From Candidatus Cloacimonadota bacterium (lineage in GTDB: Bacteria; Cloacimonadota; Cloacimonadia; Cloacimonadales; GCA-2742885), in the NCBI GenBank assembly GCA_002742885.1, contig PDOO01000028.1, forward strand, positions 22,849 to 86,848: a DNA stretch of 64,000 bases, written 5' to 3'. Of this stretch, positions 62,606 through 64,000 are shown piece by piece; position 1 is the first letter of the stretch; each line of letters opens with the position of its first letter. The notes below the pieces were generated by a model. The model was given only the letters and a program-made list of their open reading frames with translations, ran no database searches and was not told where the DNA came from. The translations under genes were made by a program, and so were the position numbers.

Positions 62606-64000
62606 ATGGGTTTGGAATTTAAATTCTGCGGATTTGACGAAGATGTCGTAAAAAAGAGTTATGATCTTGCCGAATATGATAGGATTTTATATATTTTGCC
62701 GACGGCTTCCAATAAAAAGGCTTTGATAAAAACACATCAATACAGAAAATCAAACAAAAAAATTGATTTTATGACATGGCATGAATTTAAGGATTTTATA
62801 ATATTGCCCGAAAAACGGATTGCTGATGATTTGCAGCAGGCGTGGTTTCTTTATAAATCTTTTTCTGAAAATAATTTGGCATTTTTCGGAATAGACAGTT
62901 TTCGCGATTTGACGGTTTTTGCGGAAAACTTTAATAATTTCAGGTCTGAAATTTCTGAAGAAAATATCGGTTTCTGCGATTTGGAGTTGGAAGAATCCGA
63001 TAACGTAACCTCGATTTTACGTCTGGATTGGCAGATTAAAACTGCGGATATTCTCGGTAAGGTTTTAAAAAAATATTACGGATTCCTCGATGAAAACAAT
63101 TTTACGGATTTGCAAGAGGTTCATTACGATATTTTTTCAGGAAAATTGCCGCTGAACTCTTGTTTCTTATCTTTTTATGACGAAATAATTATTGTAAATC
63201 AATTTCAATTTTCAAAACTGGATAAATTTATCGTCAGCGAAATGAAAGAGAATAACGAAAAAGTTACTTTGCTTTTACAAATGCCGGAAATTTGGTACGA
63301 CAAAGAAAGAATGATGATGAAAGATAAAACCGATCTTGCAACAGTGAAATCATTTAAGACCAAAAATATTAATTTTAAAACAGGTAAAGGAGAATTGGAA
63401 ATTTGGAATTCTTTTGCTTCTGAATCAGATAAATTTAAAGCAGCCGCAATAATTGATAATTCGTTTAAAAATTCTTTTATATCCGGTTTCTTAAATGAAA
63501 AAAAAGTAAGAATAAAAAATACGGAACCTGCCGAAGCCGGTTTGATTTATAATATATTATTTTGCTTTAGCGAGTTATTGAGATCGACTGCAACCGTGAA
63601 CGATAAGCTTGTTTTTGAAATGAACTCCATTCTTTCGGTATTGAATAATTCTTCTTTTATCAAATATTATTTTGATAATGACGTTTCTGAACTTGAACCT
63701 TATTTTGTCGATAAAATTTATCATGAACAGATCATTTATTTTGAGGAAGATAATTGTCCGGATGATACGGAGTCATGGAAAAAGTTGAAAGAAATATTGC
63801 TCTTCGTAAAGAAAATGCGTTATTTTTCGGTTGAGGAATTTCTTGAATTTATCATAAATATTCTTATGAACGAAGAGGCTGAGTCGGATTCGGAAGAAAA
63901 AAATACGATTTTGACATTGCTCAACGATTTTAGAGATTCCGTCCGTTTTATGCCCGGTTTTGATAAATCAAAATTTGGTCGAGGTTACCGCTTTATTGAT
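62606..64000 (+). CDS. large hypothetical protein, 3' end outside the window (not in the ORF track)
   Basis: I translated from ATG 62606 by hand (MGLEFKFCGFDEDVVKKSYDLAEYDRILYILPTASNKKAL...). The frame is open for all 465 codons to the window edge. An AddB/RecB-like helicase-nuclease subunit is a guess only. Confidence 0.5.
   Translation, partial: MGLEFKFCGFDEDVVKKSYDLAEYDRILYILPTASNKKALIKTHQYRKSNKKIDFMTWHEFKDFIILPEKRIADDLQQAWFLYKSFSENNLAFFGIDSFRDLTVFAENFNNFRSEISEENIGFCDLELEESDNVTSILRLDWQIKTADILGKVLKKYYGFLDENNFTDLQEVHYDIFSGKLPLNSCFLSFYDEIIIVNQFQFSKLDKFIVSEMKENNEKVTLLLQMPEIWYDKERMMMKDKTDLATVKSFKTKNINFKTGKGELEIWNSFASESDKFKAAAIIDNSFKNSFISGFLNEKKVRIKNTEPAEAGLIYNILFCFSELLRSTATVNDKLVFEMNSILSVLNNSSFIKYYFDNDVSELEPYFVDKIYHEQIIYFEEDNCPDDTESWKKLKEILLFVKKMRYFSVEEFLEFIINILMNEEAESDSEEKNTILTLLNDFRDSVRFMPGFDKSKFGRGYRFID

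Noticed and set aside
1-64000. CRISPR arrays, tRNA/rRNA genes, IS elements, integrases, prophage or toxin-antitoxin modules
   Set aside because: I scanned all intergenic regions longer than 60 nt. None shows regularly spaced repeats, cloverleaf-compatible sequence or terminal inverted repeats, and no ORF has transposase or integrase motifs. A covariance-model scan (tRNAscan-SE, Infernal) would be needed to be definitive.

Overview
AT-rich, densely coding bacterial chromosomal segment. I count about 66 protein-coding genes. I found no rRNA, tRNA, CRISPR array, transposase or integrase by eye. Gene content suggests an anaerobic, selenocysteine-decoding, probably amino-acid-fermenting bacterium: a TonB-dependent receptor with a CarboxypepD_reg-type N-terminus, DUF3108, hutU, ptb, and a Sec-containing selD. 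The taxon cannot be fixed from this window. Main blocks: (1) a minus-strand nucleotide-sugar cluster (oxidoreductase, ugd, galE, wecB), 665-5119. (2) Two tandem paralogous pilin-like genes, each preceded by a sigma-54 -24/-12 match, 5300-6420. (3) Housekeeping genes: TBDR, queA, birA, yhbY, dapB, dapF, iaaA, sugar kinases, hup-dnaN-recF. (4) A signalling cassette, 23274-29284: HDOD, CheY, CheZ-like, REC, 89-aa protein, REC, soluble PAS histidine kinase, sigma-54 enhancer-binding protein. It abuts (5) a glycan locus, 29293-39381: WecA-type initiator, Wzx, about 4 glycosyltransferases, two large uncharacterised or deacetylase-like proteins, no Wzy or Wzz. A hybrid kinase follows it. (6) THUMP methylase, hldC-like, rseC-like, folB, folK, an orphan 272-aa gene, hutU, tpiA. 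(7) serS followed by a selenium-utilisation cluster: cysteine desulfurase, selD with in-frame UGA, DUF3343, yedF. (8) zur-znuACB, DUF1294, TPR protein, ptb, and an unlisted open-ended ORF at the 3' edge. The most unusual items are the sigma-54-driven pilin-like pair, which lacks a canonical prepilin leader, and the CheY/CheZ/REC/EBP cassette joined to the glycan locus. All family assignments are motif recognition by eye. No searches were run.
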